From: an uncultured Acetobacteraceae bacterium
GTDB taxonomy: Bacteria > Pseudomonadota > Alphaproteobacteria > Sphingomonadales > Sphingomonadaceae
Assembly: GCA_964658485.1 (NCBI GenBank)
Contig: CAZZYX010000006.1
Location: forward strand, 419-64,418
Reading direction: 5' to 3'
DNA: 64,000 nucleotides
Under the pieces are notes generated by a model. The model saw only the letters and a list, made by a program, of their open reading frames with translations. It was not told the origin of the DNA and did no database searches. Below are positions 29,228-38,555 of the stretch, in pieces. The number at the start of each line of letters is the position of its first letter. Position 1 is the stretch's first letter. The translations under genes and the position numbers were made by a program.

Positions 29228-29830
29228 TCACAAATCTCCTGCGGCCATGCTGATGATCGGCGTGGCCGGGACATGCTGGGCCATCCGCGCCAGCAACGGG
29301 TCCAACCCGGCTTCGGCGATAATGAGATCGCGATGCGCCGGACGAACGAAGCCAACCTCGCCCATCTCCCGGAAAAAGCCGAGCAGCGCGTCGTAATAGC
29401 CGAATGCATTGAGCAGGCCGACGGGCTTGGCGTGATACCCCAGCTGCGCCCAGCTGACTGCCTCCCACAACTCATCCATCGTCCCGACCCCGCCGGGCAA
29501 TGTCAGGAAACCGTCGGACAGATCGGTGAAGGCCTGCTTGCGCTCATGCATGCCGCGCACCACCCGTAGCTCGGTGCAGGCATTATTGGCGATTTCGGCA
29601 GACGCCAGCGCCTGCGGGATCACCCCGATCACCTCGCCCCCGGCGGCCAGCGCCGCACTCGCGACCGCACCCATCAGGCCCAGCCGGCCGCCGCCATAGA
29701 CAACGCCGATGCCGCGCCGGGCCAGCCCGTCGCCAACCTGCTGCGCCAGATCGATATAACGCGGATCGGCGGGCGTGGCGGCGCCGCAATACACTGCCAA
29801 GCGCTTGAATTCGCCCGATAGCGGCTTCAC
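29228..29830 (-). CDS. LOG-family (TIGR00730) nucleotide 5'-monophosphate phosphoribohydrolase
   Basis: ..LAVYCGA.., ..VVYGGGRLGLMGAVA.. and ..PGGVGTMDELWE.. motifs. GTG 29830 gives 200 aa and overlaps the upstream stop (GTGA). The ORF-track N-terminal 77 aa are antisense-like junk. Confidence 0.85.
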   Translation of the reverse strand: MKPLSGEFKRLAVYCGAATPADPRYIDLAQQVGDGLARRGIGVVYGGGRLGLMGAVASAALAAGGEVIGVIPQALASAEIANNACTELRVVRGMHERKQAFTDLSDGFLTLPGGVGTMDELWEAVSWAQLGYHAKPVGLLNAFGYYDALLGFFREMGEVGFVRPAHRDLIIAEAGLDPLLARMAQHVPATPIISMAAGDL

Positions 29831-31308
29831 TTCGCCAAATCCGCCAACATCAGTTTCGCCACCCCCTGCGCTCCGCTTATCGCCGAGGACACCCCTGCAC
29901 CGGGATGCGTACCAGCGCCTACCAGATAGAAATTGCCGATCACCGCATCGCGCTGGCGGGGGCGAAGCCATGCGCTTTGGCTGGGCAAGGGCTGCAGGCT
30001 GAAGGCGCTGCCCAGCCAGGCGTTGAGGTGGTGCGCGTGATCGCGCGGCGTGGAATGCCAACTGGTGATGATGCGATCGTGGATATCGGGAATGAAACGC
30101 AAGCCCACTTCGTCGAGAATACGGCGTTCGAGCCGGGGGCCGACCTCGCTCCAGTCGATCGGCAGCTTGCCCAAATTGGCTACCGGCATCACTGCCCGAA
30201 ACAGGCTTTTGCCCGGCGGCGCCACTGACGGATCGGTCACGCTAGGATGCGACAGCCAAATCATGCCATCGCGCGGCAGCACCCCGTAATCGTATATATC
30301 CGCCAGCAGCCCGGCATAACGCGGTCCCAGCAGCAGCGTCTGGTGAGCGATACCCGGCCACGCGCCATCCATGGAGAAATGCACAACGAACAACGCGGGC
30401 GACCAGCGTTTCCGCGCCAGTGTCCGCGCCAGCGCCGGCCCGCGCGTGCTGCCGCGCAGCAGATCGCCATAGCTATGCATCACATCGCCATTGCTGACCA
30501 CCGCATCGAAATGCTCATGCCAGCCGCTGGCGCATTCCACCCCGCTCGCCCGGTTGCCCAGCGTATGCACCTGCACCGCCGCATCGCCCAGGCGCAGCGT
30601 ACCGCCCAGGCGTTGGAACAAGGCGGCCATTGCCGCCGCCAGTTGGCCATTGCCCCCCCTCGCGTACCACACGCCAGCGTCTTTCTCGCGCTTGTGCATG
30701 ACCGCATGGGTCGCGCTGACCGTCATCGGATTGCCGCCCGTCATCAACGACGAACTCGACAGCACGGCACGCAGCTTGTCGGATTTCACCAGCCCCGCAA
30801 CGTATCCATATAACGACCGCCAGCATTGCAATCGTAGCAAGGCGGGTAAAGCCCGCAACATGTTCGACAGGCGCAGATAGCTTTCGGGCGCGCGGTGGCG
30901 GAAGCCTTCGGCCTGCACCTGGGCCGCATAATCGCAAAATTCCTCGTACCCGGCAAGATCACCCGGCGCGAGACGGGCGACCTGCGTGCGCAGCGCCGCC
31001 TCGTCACCGACGAGATCGAAATGCGTGCCATCCGGCCAGCTGAACCGGGCCAGCGGCGACACCCGCAGCAGTTCGACATCGCTGGCCATGTCCTGCCCCG
31101 ACAACAGCCACAGATCCTGCAGTCCGGCCGGATCGGTGATCGCCGCGGGCCCGGTATCGAAGCTGTAGCCATCCTGCCGCCAGCCGCGAGCGCAGCCGCC
31201 CGGTGCGTCGAGCGCCTCGACCAGGGTTGTCGCCACCCCCGCCGATTGCAGGCGGATCGCCAGCGGCAGCCCGCCCAGCCCGGCGCCGATCACGCAGACG
31301 CGGCTCAC
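29827..31308 (-). CDS. Phytoene desaturase (CrtI) family FAD-dependent oxidoreductase
   Basis: VSRVCVIGAGLGGLPLAIRLQSAGVATTLVEALDAPGG.. dinucleotide fold and C-terminal ..NFYLVGAGTHPGAGVSSAISGA.. CrtI signature. GTG 31308 chosen. The remaining ~210 N-terminal residues of ORF 29827..31944 overlap the DoxX gene in another frame. Confidence 0.8.
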   Translation of the reverse strand: MSRVCVIGAGLGGLPLAIRLQSAGVATTLVEALDAPGGCARGWRQDGYSFDTGPAAITDPAGLQDLWLLSGQDMASDVELLRVSPLARFSWPDGTHFDLVGDEAALRTQVARLAPGDLAGYEEFCDYAAQVQAEGFRHRAPESYLRLSNMLRALPALLRLQCWRSLYGYVAGLVKSDKLRAVLSSSSLMTGGNPMTVSATHAVMHKREKDAGVWYARGGNGQLAAAMAALFQRLGGTLRLGDAAVQVHTLGNRASGVECASGWHEHFDAVVSNGDVMHSYGDLLRGSTRGPALARTLARKRWSPALFVVHFSMDGAWPGIAHQTLLLGPRYAGLLADIYDYGVLPRDGMIWLSHPSVTDPSVAPPGKSLFRAVMPVANLGKLPIDWSEVGPRLERRILDEVGLRFIPDIHDRIITSWHSTPRDHAHHLNAWLGSAFSLQPLPSQSAWLRPRQRDAVIGNFYLVGAGTHPGAGVSSAISGAQGVAKLMLADLAK

Positions 31309-31448
31309 GCGGTCGCACGCATCGGCGTTGCACCGGTGCCTTCCGGGATGGTGATGTCCGCAGCGGGCATGTTCGGCATGTACGGTCTGTGCAGCGACAC
31401 TGCAACCGGCTCGATCAAGCGTCGCCGGCGCGAGTTTGCAGAACGAGC

Positions 31449-31874
31449 CTATCGGGTCGCCACTGCCCTGCGCGCGAACGGCCAGTCGATCACGTCGCCC
31501 GCCCACAGCGCCCACCATACCAGCACCGGCTGGAACAGCAGGCGCGGGCCATGATACCACCAGCCGAAATGCTCGCCGCCCAGCGGGATATCGTAGATCG
31601 CCTGGTTGATGTTCGCAGGAAATACACAGATCGCATACAGCGCAAGGCCGATGCCCGCCGCCCTGCGCAATCCTGGCACCAGCAGCAGCGCCACCGCGCC
31701 GGCAATCTCGGCGATTCCGGTCAGCGCGATCACCAGCGGAATATCGGGTACCCAGTGCGGGGTGATCGCGATGAACCCCCTGGGCGAACGCAGATGGATG
31801 ATCCCCGCTGCCAGATAAGCCAGCCCCAGCACCCAGCGCAGGATCAGACGAACGCGAGAGGTTTTCTGTGTCAT
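31449..31874 (-). CDS. DoxX-family membrane protein
   Basis: Four TM helices with ..IAEIAGAVALLL.. and ..LALYAICVFPANI.. typical of the DoxX/DoxD-like family. ATG at 31874. Confidence 0.7.
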   Translation of the reverse strand: MTQKTSRVRLILRWVLGLAYLAAGIIHLRSPRGFIAITPHWVPDIPLVIALTGIAEIAGAVALLLVPGLRRAAGIGLALYAICVFPANINQAIYDIPLGGEHFGWWYHGPRLLFQPVLVWWALWAGDVIDWPFARRAVATR

Positions 31875-32079
31875 CTGCACTAGGTCGCGCTTCGCCGGGG
31901 CCACCGCAACCCCTATCGGCGATATCGCGCAATAGCCATCGCACCAGCTGTTAAATGACCCGACGTGGTTTTGGCCTGCGGATATGCCATCCCGTCGCCG
32001 ATCTGGTTATTCGCCAGAAACAAAGCTGGACAGCGGCGGCGATTTGCTTTCCATCCGTGCCAAACTGCGAGAGATAGCC

Positions 32080-32460
32080 ATGCTCACTGAACGCCTATTT
32101 CGACCTCTGTTCTTGTTGGCGGTTGCCTTCACCCTGTTCATGGCCCTGCTCCCCAAGCCACCCGCGCTGCCGATCGACCGGTTCGGGGACAAGTTCGAGC
32201 ATATGCTGGCGTTCGGCGTGCTGACGCTGCTGGCGCGCTTCAGCTTTCGGCGGATGCCATGGTGGCAGATGCTCGAACATATGTCGTTCTTCGGTGCCAT
32301 GATCGAGGTCTGCCAGGCGATTCCCCGCCTGCATCGCGATTGCGATCCGCGCGACTGGGTCGCCGACACGGTCGCGGTGAGCCTGGCCCTGATGGTCGCG
32401 TATCTGCTGGCTCCAACCCTTGGCCGGGGCAAAATGTCGGCTGCCGTCCAACATGGCTGA
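32080..32460 (+). CDS. VanZ-like family membrane protein
   Basis: ..DKFEHMLAFGVL.. and ..EVCQ..R..D..DWVAD.. spacing on a four-TM scaffold. ATG at 32080. Confidence 0.55.
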   Translation: MLTERLFRPLFLLAVAFTLFMALLPKPPALPIDRFGDKFEHMLAFGVLTLLARFSFRRMPWWQMLEHMSFFGAMIEVCQAIPRLHRDCDPRDWVADTVAVSLALMVAYLLAPTLGRGKMSAAVQHG

Positions 32461-33679
32461 CCCTGCTGCCCGCGCCGACCCGACGGCCCAAGCGCCGCTG
32501 ACCCGTTCGCAATGGATGGTGATCGCCGCAACCTATCTTGGCTGGACGCTGGACGCCTTCGACTTCTTCCTGATGGTGTTCCTGCAAAAAGCGATCAGCG
32601 AGGCATTCGGCACCTCGATCAGCGCGGTCGCCGAAGCGCTGTTCCTGACCCTGGCGATGCGCCCGCTGGGGGCGCTGGCGTTTGGCTGGCTGGCGGATCG
32701 CGTCGGCCGGCGCCCGGTGCTGATGGCGGTGGTGCTGATGTTCTCCGTGCTTTCGGCGCTCTCCGGCCTGGCGAGGTCGCTGGGCGAGCTGCTGCTGATC
32801 CGGGCAGCTTTCGGCTTTGCCATGGGCGGCGAATGGGGCATCGGCGCCAGCCTGGTCATGGAAAGCATCCCGGCGCGGCTGCGCGGGCGCGTCTCCGGGC
32901 TGCTACAGGCGGGCTATCCGTGCGGCTACCTGCTGGCGAGCCTGGCGTTCTATCTGTTCTTCGACCGGATCGGCTGGCGCGGGATGTTCTTTCTAGGGTT
33001 GGCGCCGGCGTTGCTGGTGCTGTTGATCCGCCTGCATGTCGATGAAAGCCCCAGCTTCACCGCTGCCGAAAAAGGCCCCCGGCAGGGAACGCTGGCGGCA
33101 CTGGCCGAACACTGGAAACTGGCGCTGTACCTGATCGCGCTGATGACCATGTTCAACTTCTTCAGCCATGGCACGCAGGATCAATATCCCACTTTCCTGC
33201 AAAAACAGCATGCCTATGGCACGCACCTGACCGGCCTCATCACGGTGATCATGAACGTCGGCGCGATCATCGGCGCCTTCGTCGTCGGCAGCCTGTCGGA
33301 ACGGATCGGGCGCCGCCGCGCGATGGCCATCGCCAGCCTGTGCGCGTTGCCGATCATCCCGCTATGGGCCTATGCCAGCACGCCGCTGCTGCTGGCGCTG
33401 GGGGCCTTCCTGATGCAGGCGGCGGTGCAGGGCGCGTGGGCGGTGGTGCCGGCCTATCTGAGCGAACTTTCCCCCGGTAATTTGCGCGCGATGTTTCCGG
33501 GTTTCGTCTATCAACTGGGCAATTTGATCGCCTCGCGCAATGCCGTGATCCAGGCGCACGTCGCAGAAAGCCATCATGGCAATTATAGCCTGGCGCTGGC
33601 CGGCGTCGCCGGGATCACCGCCGTGGTGCTGGCCATCTGGACCAGCCTGGGACCGGAACGGCGCGGCGCGGAACTATAA
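32453..33679 (+). CDS. MFS transporter (metabolite/anion:H+ symporter-like)
   Basis: ..YLGWTLDAFDFFLMVF.. and ..GWLADRVGRRPVL.. with 12 TM helices. ATG 32453 overlaps the VanZ-like 3' end. Confidence 0.8.
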   Translation: MADPAARADPTAQAPLTRSQWMVIAATYLGWTLDAFDFFLMVFLQKAISEAFGTSISAVAEALFLTLAMRPLGALAFGWLADRVGRRPVLMAVVLMFSVLSALSGLARSLGELLLIRAAFGFAMGGEWGIGASLVMESIPARLRGRVSGLLQAGYPCGYLLASLAFYLFFDRIGWRGMFFLGLAPALLVLLIRLHVDESPSFTAAEKGPRQGTLAALAEHWKLALYLIALMTMFNFFSHGTQDQYPTFLQKQHAYGTHLTGLITVIMNVGAIIGAFVVGSLSERIGRRRAMAIASLCALPIIPLWAYASTPLLLALGAFLMQAAVQGAWAVVPAYLSELSPGNLRAMFPGFVYQLGNLIASRNAVIQAHVAESHHGNYSLALAGVAGITAVVLAIWTSLGPERRGAEL

Positions 33680-33703
33680 CTCCGGTCCAGTATTGGACAG
33701 GAG

Positions 33704-33730
33704 TGATCCGCAGCGGAGCCTGGCCCGTAA
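33704..33730 (+). promoter_or_regulatory. Candidate autoregulated ECF (RpoE/ChrR-group) promoter
   Basis: TGATCC (33704-33709), a 16-nt spacer, then CGTAA (33726-33730), about 110 nt upstream of the sigma-factor start. This matches the TGATCC-N16-18-CGTA type consensus known for ChrR-partnered sigma factors. Confidence 0.5.
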
Positions 33731-33842
33731 CGATAATATGCACCCAGCCCAAGCGCCCTGCCGGTCTGTTCCATCAGCCATCCGGATGACCCGTCCATGG
33801 GATCACGGATGGTCGATCGGCTCACGGTCAGACGGAAAGCGC

Positions 33843-34415
33843 ATGCCTATGGCAACCCCGAGCGATAATGGCGCTGCACAATTACGGGATCTGCTGGCGC
33901 GTGTCGCGTTACGCGACCGAGAGGCATTCGCCGAGTTGTTCCAACTGGCGGCGCCACGGGTCAAGGCCTATCTGGTGCGGCTCGGATCGGCCACCGCTGC
34001 GGCCGAGGAATTGACGCAGGATGTTTTTCTGACCGTCTGGCGCAACGCGGATCGTTTCGATCCCGCAAAAGCCGGGGTGATGACATGGATCTTCGTAATT
34101 GCGCGAAACCGGCGCATCGATGGCCTTCGCCGGGAAGCGAGTACGGTCACATACGGCACGACCCCGCCCGAGGCGGTCGATGACGACACACCCTCGGCGC
34201 ATGACGCGATCGCGGCCGGCCAGCATGAACTGCGCCTGCGCTGCGCCATCGCCCAACTGCCGCCCGACCAGCAGGATGTGATCAAACGCTCCTATTGGGA
34301 CGAAGAAGCGCATGCGGCGATTGCCGCCGCGCTCGGTATTCCCCTTGGCACCGTAAAATCCCGCCTGCGACTGGCGTTGACGCGGCTGCGCGCCGCGATC
34401 GAGGATTTGAAATGA
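33843..34415 (+). CDS. ECF-family RNA polymerase sigma factor (ChrR-partnered group)
   Basis: Region 2 (..ELTQDVFLTVWRNADRFDP..WIFVIARNRRIDGLR) and region 4 (..VIKRSYWDEEAHAAIAAALGIPLGTVKSRLRLAL). ATG at 33843 or 33849. Confidence 0.85.
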   Translation: MPMATPSDNGAAQLRDLLARVALRDREAFAELFQLAAPRVKAYLVRLGSATAAAEELTQDVFLTVWRNADRFDPAKAGVMTWIFVIARNRRIDGLRREASTVTYGTTPPEAVDDDTPSAHDAIAAGQHELRLRCAIAQLPPDQQDVIKRSYWDEEAHAAIAAALGIPLGTVKSRLRLALTRLRAAIEDLK

Positions 34416-35050
34416 ATAAATTCCTGGCTGACAAATTGCCATCGCCGCCCGCTCATCATCCGGGGATCGAGACGCTCGCCGAATACGCGGCCGGCCAGAT
34501 GCGAGCCGGCTTCGATCTCGTCGTGGCGGCGCACCTGCATGGCTGTGCGCGCTGCCGGGATGACGTCGCGCAATTAGAGGCGCTTGGCGGCGACCTGCTC
34601 GATGCCATCGAACCCGCCGGCCTGGACGATAGCGCGCTGGCAAACACGTTGGCCCGGCTCGATGAACCGGCGCCGCCACCTTCGTCGCGTAGCCTGGATC
34701 GGTTGCTGGCAACCGCGCGGCGGCGCTGGGTAGCCCCCGGCATCTGGATTGCACAAATCGATACCCCGCACGATCGCGACGACCGGGTATTTTTACTGCG
34801 AGTCGGCGTTGGCTCGGCGGCGGCGCATCACGATCATAGCGGCGCCGAATTGACGCAAGTGCTGGTCGGTGCGCTGAACGATGACGGGGTGATCTACCGC
34901 GCGGGCGACATCGTGGAGCACGAGCAAAGCCAGGCTCATTACCCGCAAGTGTCCGGTAACGAGCCTTGCATCTGCCTGTTCGCCACGCAGGGCCGGCTTA
35001 AGCCCACGACATGGCTGGGACGGATCGCCTTCACGCTGGCCGGAATCTGA
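34412..35050 (+). CDS. ChrR-family anti-sigma factor (zinc-binding ASD plus C-terminal cupin)
   Basis: Its ATG overlaps the sigma stop (ATGA). HxxxCxxC motif HLHGCARCR. C-terminal ..HHDHSGAELTQVLVGAL..YRAGD.. cupin. Confidence 0.8.
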   Translation: MNKFLADKLPSPPAHHPGIETLAEYAAGQMRAGFDLVVAAHLHGCARCRDDVAQLEALGGDLLDAIEPAGLDDSALANTLARLDEPAPPPSSRSLDRLLATARRRWVAPGIWIAQIDTPHDRDDRVFLLRVGVGSAAAHHDHSGAELTQVLVGALNDDGVIYRAGDIVEHEQSQAHYPQVSGNEPCICLFATQGRLKPTTWLGRIAFTLAGI

Positions 35051-35096
35051 CGCGATCCGGCCGTAGGGTACAGCGGACATAAGCGCGCCACCTGGA

Positions 35097-35987
35097 TTAT
35101 TGCGTATATCGCCGGGCGAAACTCACCATGTCGTCCAGCACCGGGGAATGTGACCGAAACGGCTCCGCAATTGCAGTGACTAAACTGACATGGCCGACGC
35201 GCGGATAGCGCCGCCGCTCGACCGGCGCGCCGACCGCCTGCAGCCGCGCCGCCAGTTCGTCGCTGTTGCGCGGGGCGACGACATTGTCCTTGTCTCCGGT
35301 GGCCAGCAGAGCCGGCACGGCCCCCGGGCCGACATGGTCGATCGGCTGCTTGTCGGCGGGATCGGCGGCATCGCCGAATGCGGCGATCACCGACGGCAAC
35401 TGCGAGGGCAGGAAATCATATGGCCCGGCCAGCCCGATCATGGCGCGCACCGCCGCCCGGTCTGCACTCAGCCAGCGCGGATCATAGGCCAGCATCGCCG
35501 CGTCATAAGCGCCCGCCGAATGGCCGGCGAGCACCAGACGCTGCGGATCGCCGTGATATTGCGCGGCATTCGCGATTACCCAGCGCACCGCCGCCGCGTT
35601 GTCCTCCAGAAAGGCGGGATAGCGGACGCCGGGCGCCAGCCGGTAATCGGGGATTGCCACCATGAACCCGCGCGCTGCCAGTGCCCGGCCGACAAAGCCA
35701 TAGCCCTCGCGCATGCCCGAATTCCACGACCCGCCGTAAATGAACACGATCACCGGCCATGGCCGGGGAGATGGCGTGGTCGGCGCATAAAGGTCCAGCC
35801 GCTGCCGGGGATCCGCTCCGAATGCGGCGCCGCGCAGTACCAGACGCGAGCCGCCGTCCTTGGGCATGATTTCGTTGAATACGCGCAAGGGCGAGCACCC
35901 GGCAGCGGCCAGCGCGGACAGCAGCGCGGTAAAAAGCCAGGGCAAGGCGGCTTTCGCCCGGCCCGGCGGATCGCGCCGAAAGATCAA
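35097..35987 (-). CDS. Alpha/beta-hydrolase esterase/lipase, probable lipoprotein
   Basis: Lipobox ..LSALAAAGC, ..VFIYGGSW.. oxyanion region and GHSAGA nucleophile elbow. The TTG start overlaps the upstream stop (TTGA). Confidence 0.8.
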   Translation of the reverse strand: MIFRRDPPGRAKAALPWLFTALLSALAAAGCSPLRVFNEIMPKDGGSRLVLRGAAFGADPRQRLDLYAPTTPSPRPWPVIVFIYGGSWNSGMREGYGFVGRALAARGFMVAIPDYRLAPGVRYPAFLEDNAAAVRWVIANAAQYHGDPQRLVLAGHSAGAYDAAMLAYDPRWLSADRAAVRAMIGLAGPYDFLPSQLPSVIAAFGDAADPADKQPIDHVGPGAVPALLATGDKDNVVAPRNSDELAARLQAVGAPVERRRYPRVGHVSLVTAIAEPFRSHSPVLDDMVSFARRYTQ

Positions 35988-37198
35988 CTGCCGTTGTCGC
36001 CGTGCAAATAAGACCGCATGATCGGGGGTTCTATCTGCCCTCCTGCTGCGGCGCTCGCCAAGCTCGCGTTCTGTTGTCGCAACAGGCGGATTTCACGAGC
36101 GGCAACACTTCCTGGCGCGGTGAACTGCGCCGCCAGCCGGCTGGCGATGGGCGATCCCAGGCCGGTGCAGGGATCGATGCCGGTCGTCGCGCGAAAGGCG
36201 CCGTTGTCGCCCTGGGTTATATCGTTGAAATCGGCCGGGTGCAGATAGAGTTCGGGCGTCACAAAGCCCAGTTTGCGGCCGAAAGATGCGAACAACCCGG
36301 CATACAACGGTGCCACCGCGCTGGTCCCGCCGACAACCTCGGTTGCGCCGTTCAGCACGATTTCGTAGCCGGTTTCGGGATCGGCGTTGGCCGCGACATC
36401 GGGCACCAGCCGACCCGGTCCATGCGGCGCGCCCGCTTGCCAGCTCGGCATGGGAAACAGCGTCGAATAGCCGCCGCCGGTACCCTCGCCATTGGTCTTG
36501 CCGGGGTTGTCGTTCCAGACGACCTCGGCCCCCGGAGTCTTGTTCGTGCCGCCGCAGCCGACGACGTGCGGGCATGAGGCGGGCAGGTCGACATTGGCCG
36601 CACCGGTGCCGCCGTCGCCGGAATCATTATCACCCGATGCCGCGAAGATAATCATGCCGCCCTGCGCCGCCGCGGCTGCGACGGCTTCCATCTGCTGGGC
36701 AGCGGTGGCGCCCCATTCCGCCTCGTCCGCGCCCCATGAGATCGAACAGACATCGCAACCGTCGCTGGCGGCCTTGGCTACGGCAGTGGCGATGTCCTTC
36801 GACCAATAGACGCGGATCGTCGCGGCTTTGCCGGTGGCAATCGCATAGGCCCCGCCGGCAAGTTGCAGATCGAGCGCAACTTCGCCATTCGCGTCCGGGC
36901 TGCCGGTGAAATTGTTATTGGTGCCATCCACCGAGACGTCGGTGATCTGCGGCAGCGGCAGGCCAAGACCGTTGAAGAAACTGGCGATGTCGCTCTCGAT
37001 CCAGCCGCCACCCAGCTCGACGATGCCGATCACCCCGCCCCCGGCCAGATCTTTGGGCCAGTCATAAGCCGCGCACAAACTGGTGAGCCGCCATGACGCC
37101 GGCGCTGCCGTGCGCGGGCGCTTGATGTTGCTATCGAGCGTGCCCATCCTGCGCATCCGCGGGCCCGGAAGATGGGATTGGACTGGTTCGTCAGTCAT
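35984..37198 (-). CDS. S53 (sedolisin/kumamolisin-like) serine-carboxyl peptidase, short form without obvious prodomain
   Basis: ..IGIVELGGGW.., ..SISWG.., ..AASGDNDSGDG.. and catalytic ..GGTSAVAPLYAGL.. motifs. Confidence 0.8.
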   Translation of the reverse strand: MTDEPVQSHLPGPRMRRMGTLDSNIKRPRTAAPASWRLTSLCAAYDWPKDLAGGGVIGIVELGGGWIESDIASFFNGLGLPLPQITDVSVDGTNNNFTGSPDANGEVALDLQLAGGAYAIATGKAATIRVYWSKDIATAVAKAASDGCDVCSISWGADEAEWGATAAQQMEAVAAAAAQGGMIIFAASGDNDSGDGGTGAANVDLPASCPHVVGCGGTNKTPGAEVVWNDNPGKTNGEGTGGGYSTLFPMPSWQAGAPHGPGRLVPDVAANADPETGYEIVLNGATEVVGGTSAVAPLYAGLFASFGRKLGFVTPELYLHPADFNDITQGDNGAFRATTGIDPCTGLGSPIASRLAAQFTAPGSVAAREIRLLRQQNASLASAAAGGQIEPPIMRSYLHGDNGS

Positions 37199-37323
37199 GA
37201 CATGTCTCCGTGCTGGTGAACAATCGGAACATAAACGGACGAGAGGGGGATTCGCACCACGCCTGCCTGCTTGTACATCCGAAAAACCAGATCGGCATTC
37301 ATACCCTGCCGCATGACGGGTCT

Positions 37324-38505
37324 TCAGCCGGTCACATCCGCCACCGCCGCCAGAAACACATCGATATTCCCCAGGGTCAGCCCGGCAATGTTGATCCGAC
37401 CCGACCCTGCAAAATAAATGCCGTGGCGTTCGCGCATCGCTCGCACCTGATCGGGCGTAAAGGGCACGATCGAGAACAACCCGTTCTGCTTGCCGATCGC
37501 GGTCAAATCCACTCCGCCGACCTTGCCCGCCGCCGCCAGTTCCTCGCGCACCTGGCGCATGCGCACGCGCATGGTATCGAGTTCATCCTGCCAACGCCGG
37601 ACCAGGCCCGCATCCGCCAGCACCAGGCGGACGGCGGCTGCGCCGTGATCGGGCGGCTGCGACCAGCTGGCGCGGGCCAGGCCGTGGCCGTTCGACATGG
37701 CGGCTGGCAGTTGGTTGCCATCTGCCATCATGACATAGACAGCACCAACGCGGTCGCGGTACAGGCCAAAATTCTTGTCGCAACTATAAGCCACCACTGC
37801 TTCGGGCACGGCATCCAGCACGCGGCGGATACCATAGGCATCCTCTTCCCAGCCTGTCCCCAGGCCCTGGTAGGCGAGATCGAGGATCGGCAACAGCCCG
37901 CGCGCGGCGACCAGCGCAGCGATCTCGTCCCATTGCTCAGGGGAATAATCGATGCCGGTCGGATTATGGCAGCAGCCATGCAGCAGGATCGCATCGCCCG
38001 GCTCCGCAGCGGCGATGGCGGCGCGCAAGGCGGCCATATCGACGACGCCGGCAGCGGTGTCATGGGTGAAGGTCTTCACGCCACAGCCCAGGTCCCGGAA
38101 AATCTGGACATGGTTCGGCCAGCTCGGCGTGCCCATCCAGAAACACTTGACCCCCGCGCGCTTGGCCATGGCAAACGCCAGCCACAGCGCGCCGGTACCC
38201 CCGGGCGCCTGCATGCCGTCGATACGGCTAGCAGCGATGGGCCGCGAATGCGACCCGAAAATATATGGCTTGAGCGCCTCGACAAAGGCCATATCGCCTT
38301 CGGGACCAAGGTAGGCCTTTGAATCCTGCGTTTCGACCAGGATTTTTTCGGCCGCCTTGATCGCGCTGAACACTGGCGTATCGCCCTGTCCGGTACGATA
38401 GACGCCCACTCCAAGGTCGATCTTGAACGGCCGTGGATCATCCTTGTAAAGCTTGATCAGCGCGAGCAGCGCATCGGCGGGCTGTTGTGGCAGGTTTGTA
38501 AGCAT
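37324..38505 (-). CDS. Class-I aromatic/aspartate amino-acid aminotransferase (AspC/TyrB family)
   Basis: ..FKIDLGVGVY.., ..GTGALWL.. and ..CCHNPTGID.. with ..YSCDKNFGLYRDRVG.. (the PLP-Lys region has D where the family normally has S in SKNF). Confidence 0.9.
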   Translation of the reverse strand: MLTNLPQQPADALLALIKLYKDDPRPFKIDLGVGVYRTGQGDTPVFSAIKAAEKILVETQDSKAYLGPEGDMAFVEALKPYIFGSHSRPIAASRIDGMQAPGGTGALWLAFAMAKRAGVKCFWMGTPSWPNHVQIFRDLGCGVKTFTHDTAAGVVDMAALRAAIAAAEPGDAILLHGCCHNPTGIDYSPEQWDEIAALVAARGLLPILDLAYQGLGTGWEEDAYGIRRVLDAVPEAVVAYSCDKNFGLYRDRVGAVYVMMADGNQLPAAMSNGHGLARASWSQPPDHGAAAVRLVLADAGLVRRWQDELDTMRVRMRQVREELAAAGKVGGVDLTAIGKQNGLFSIVPFTPDQVRAMRERHGIYFAGSGRINIAGLTLGNIDVFLAAVADVTG

Positions 38506-38555
38506 GGCGGCGGTCGCTTAGCCCCGCGATCGCCGGGGGGCAAGCCGCGCGTACG

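Noticed and set aside
31309-31944. N-terminal ~210 residues of the 705-aa ORF 29827..31944
   Set aside because: This part overlaps the convincing DoxX-family gene (31449..31874) in another frame and has junk composition. The CrtI Rossmann fold begins right after GTG 31308.
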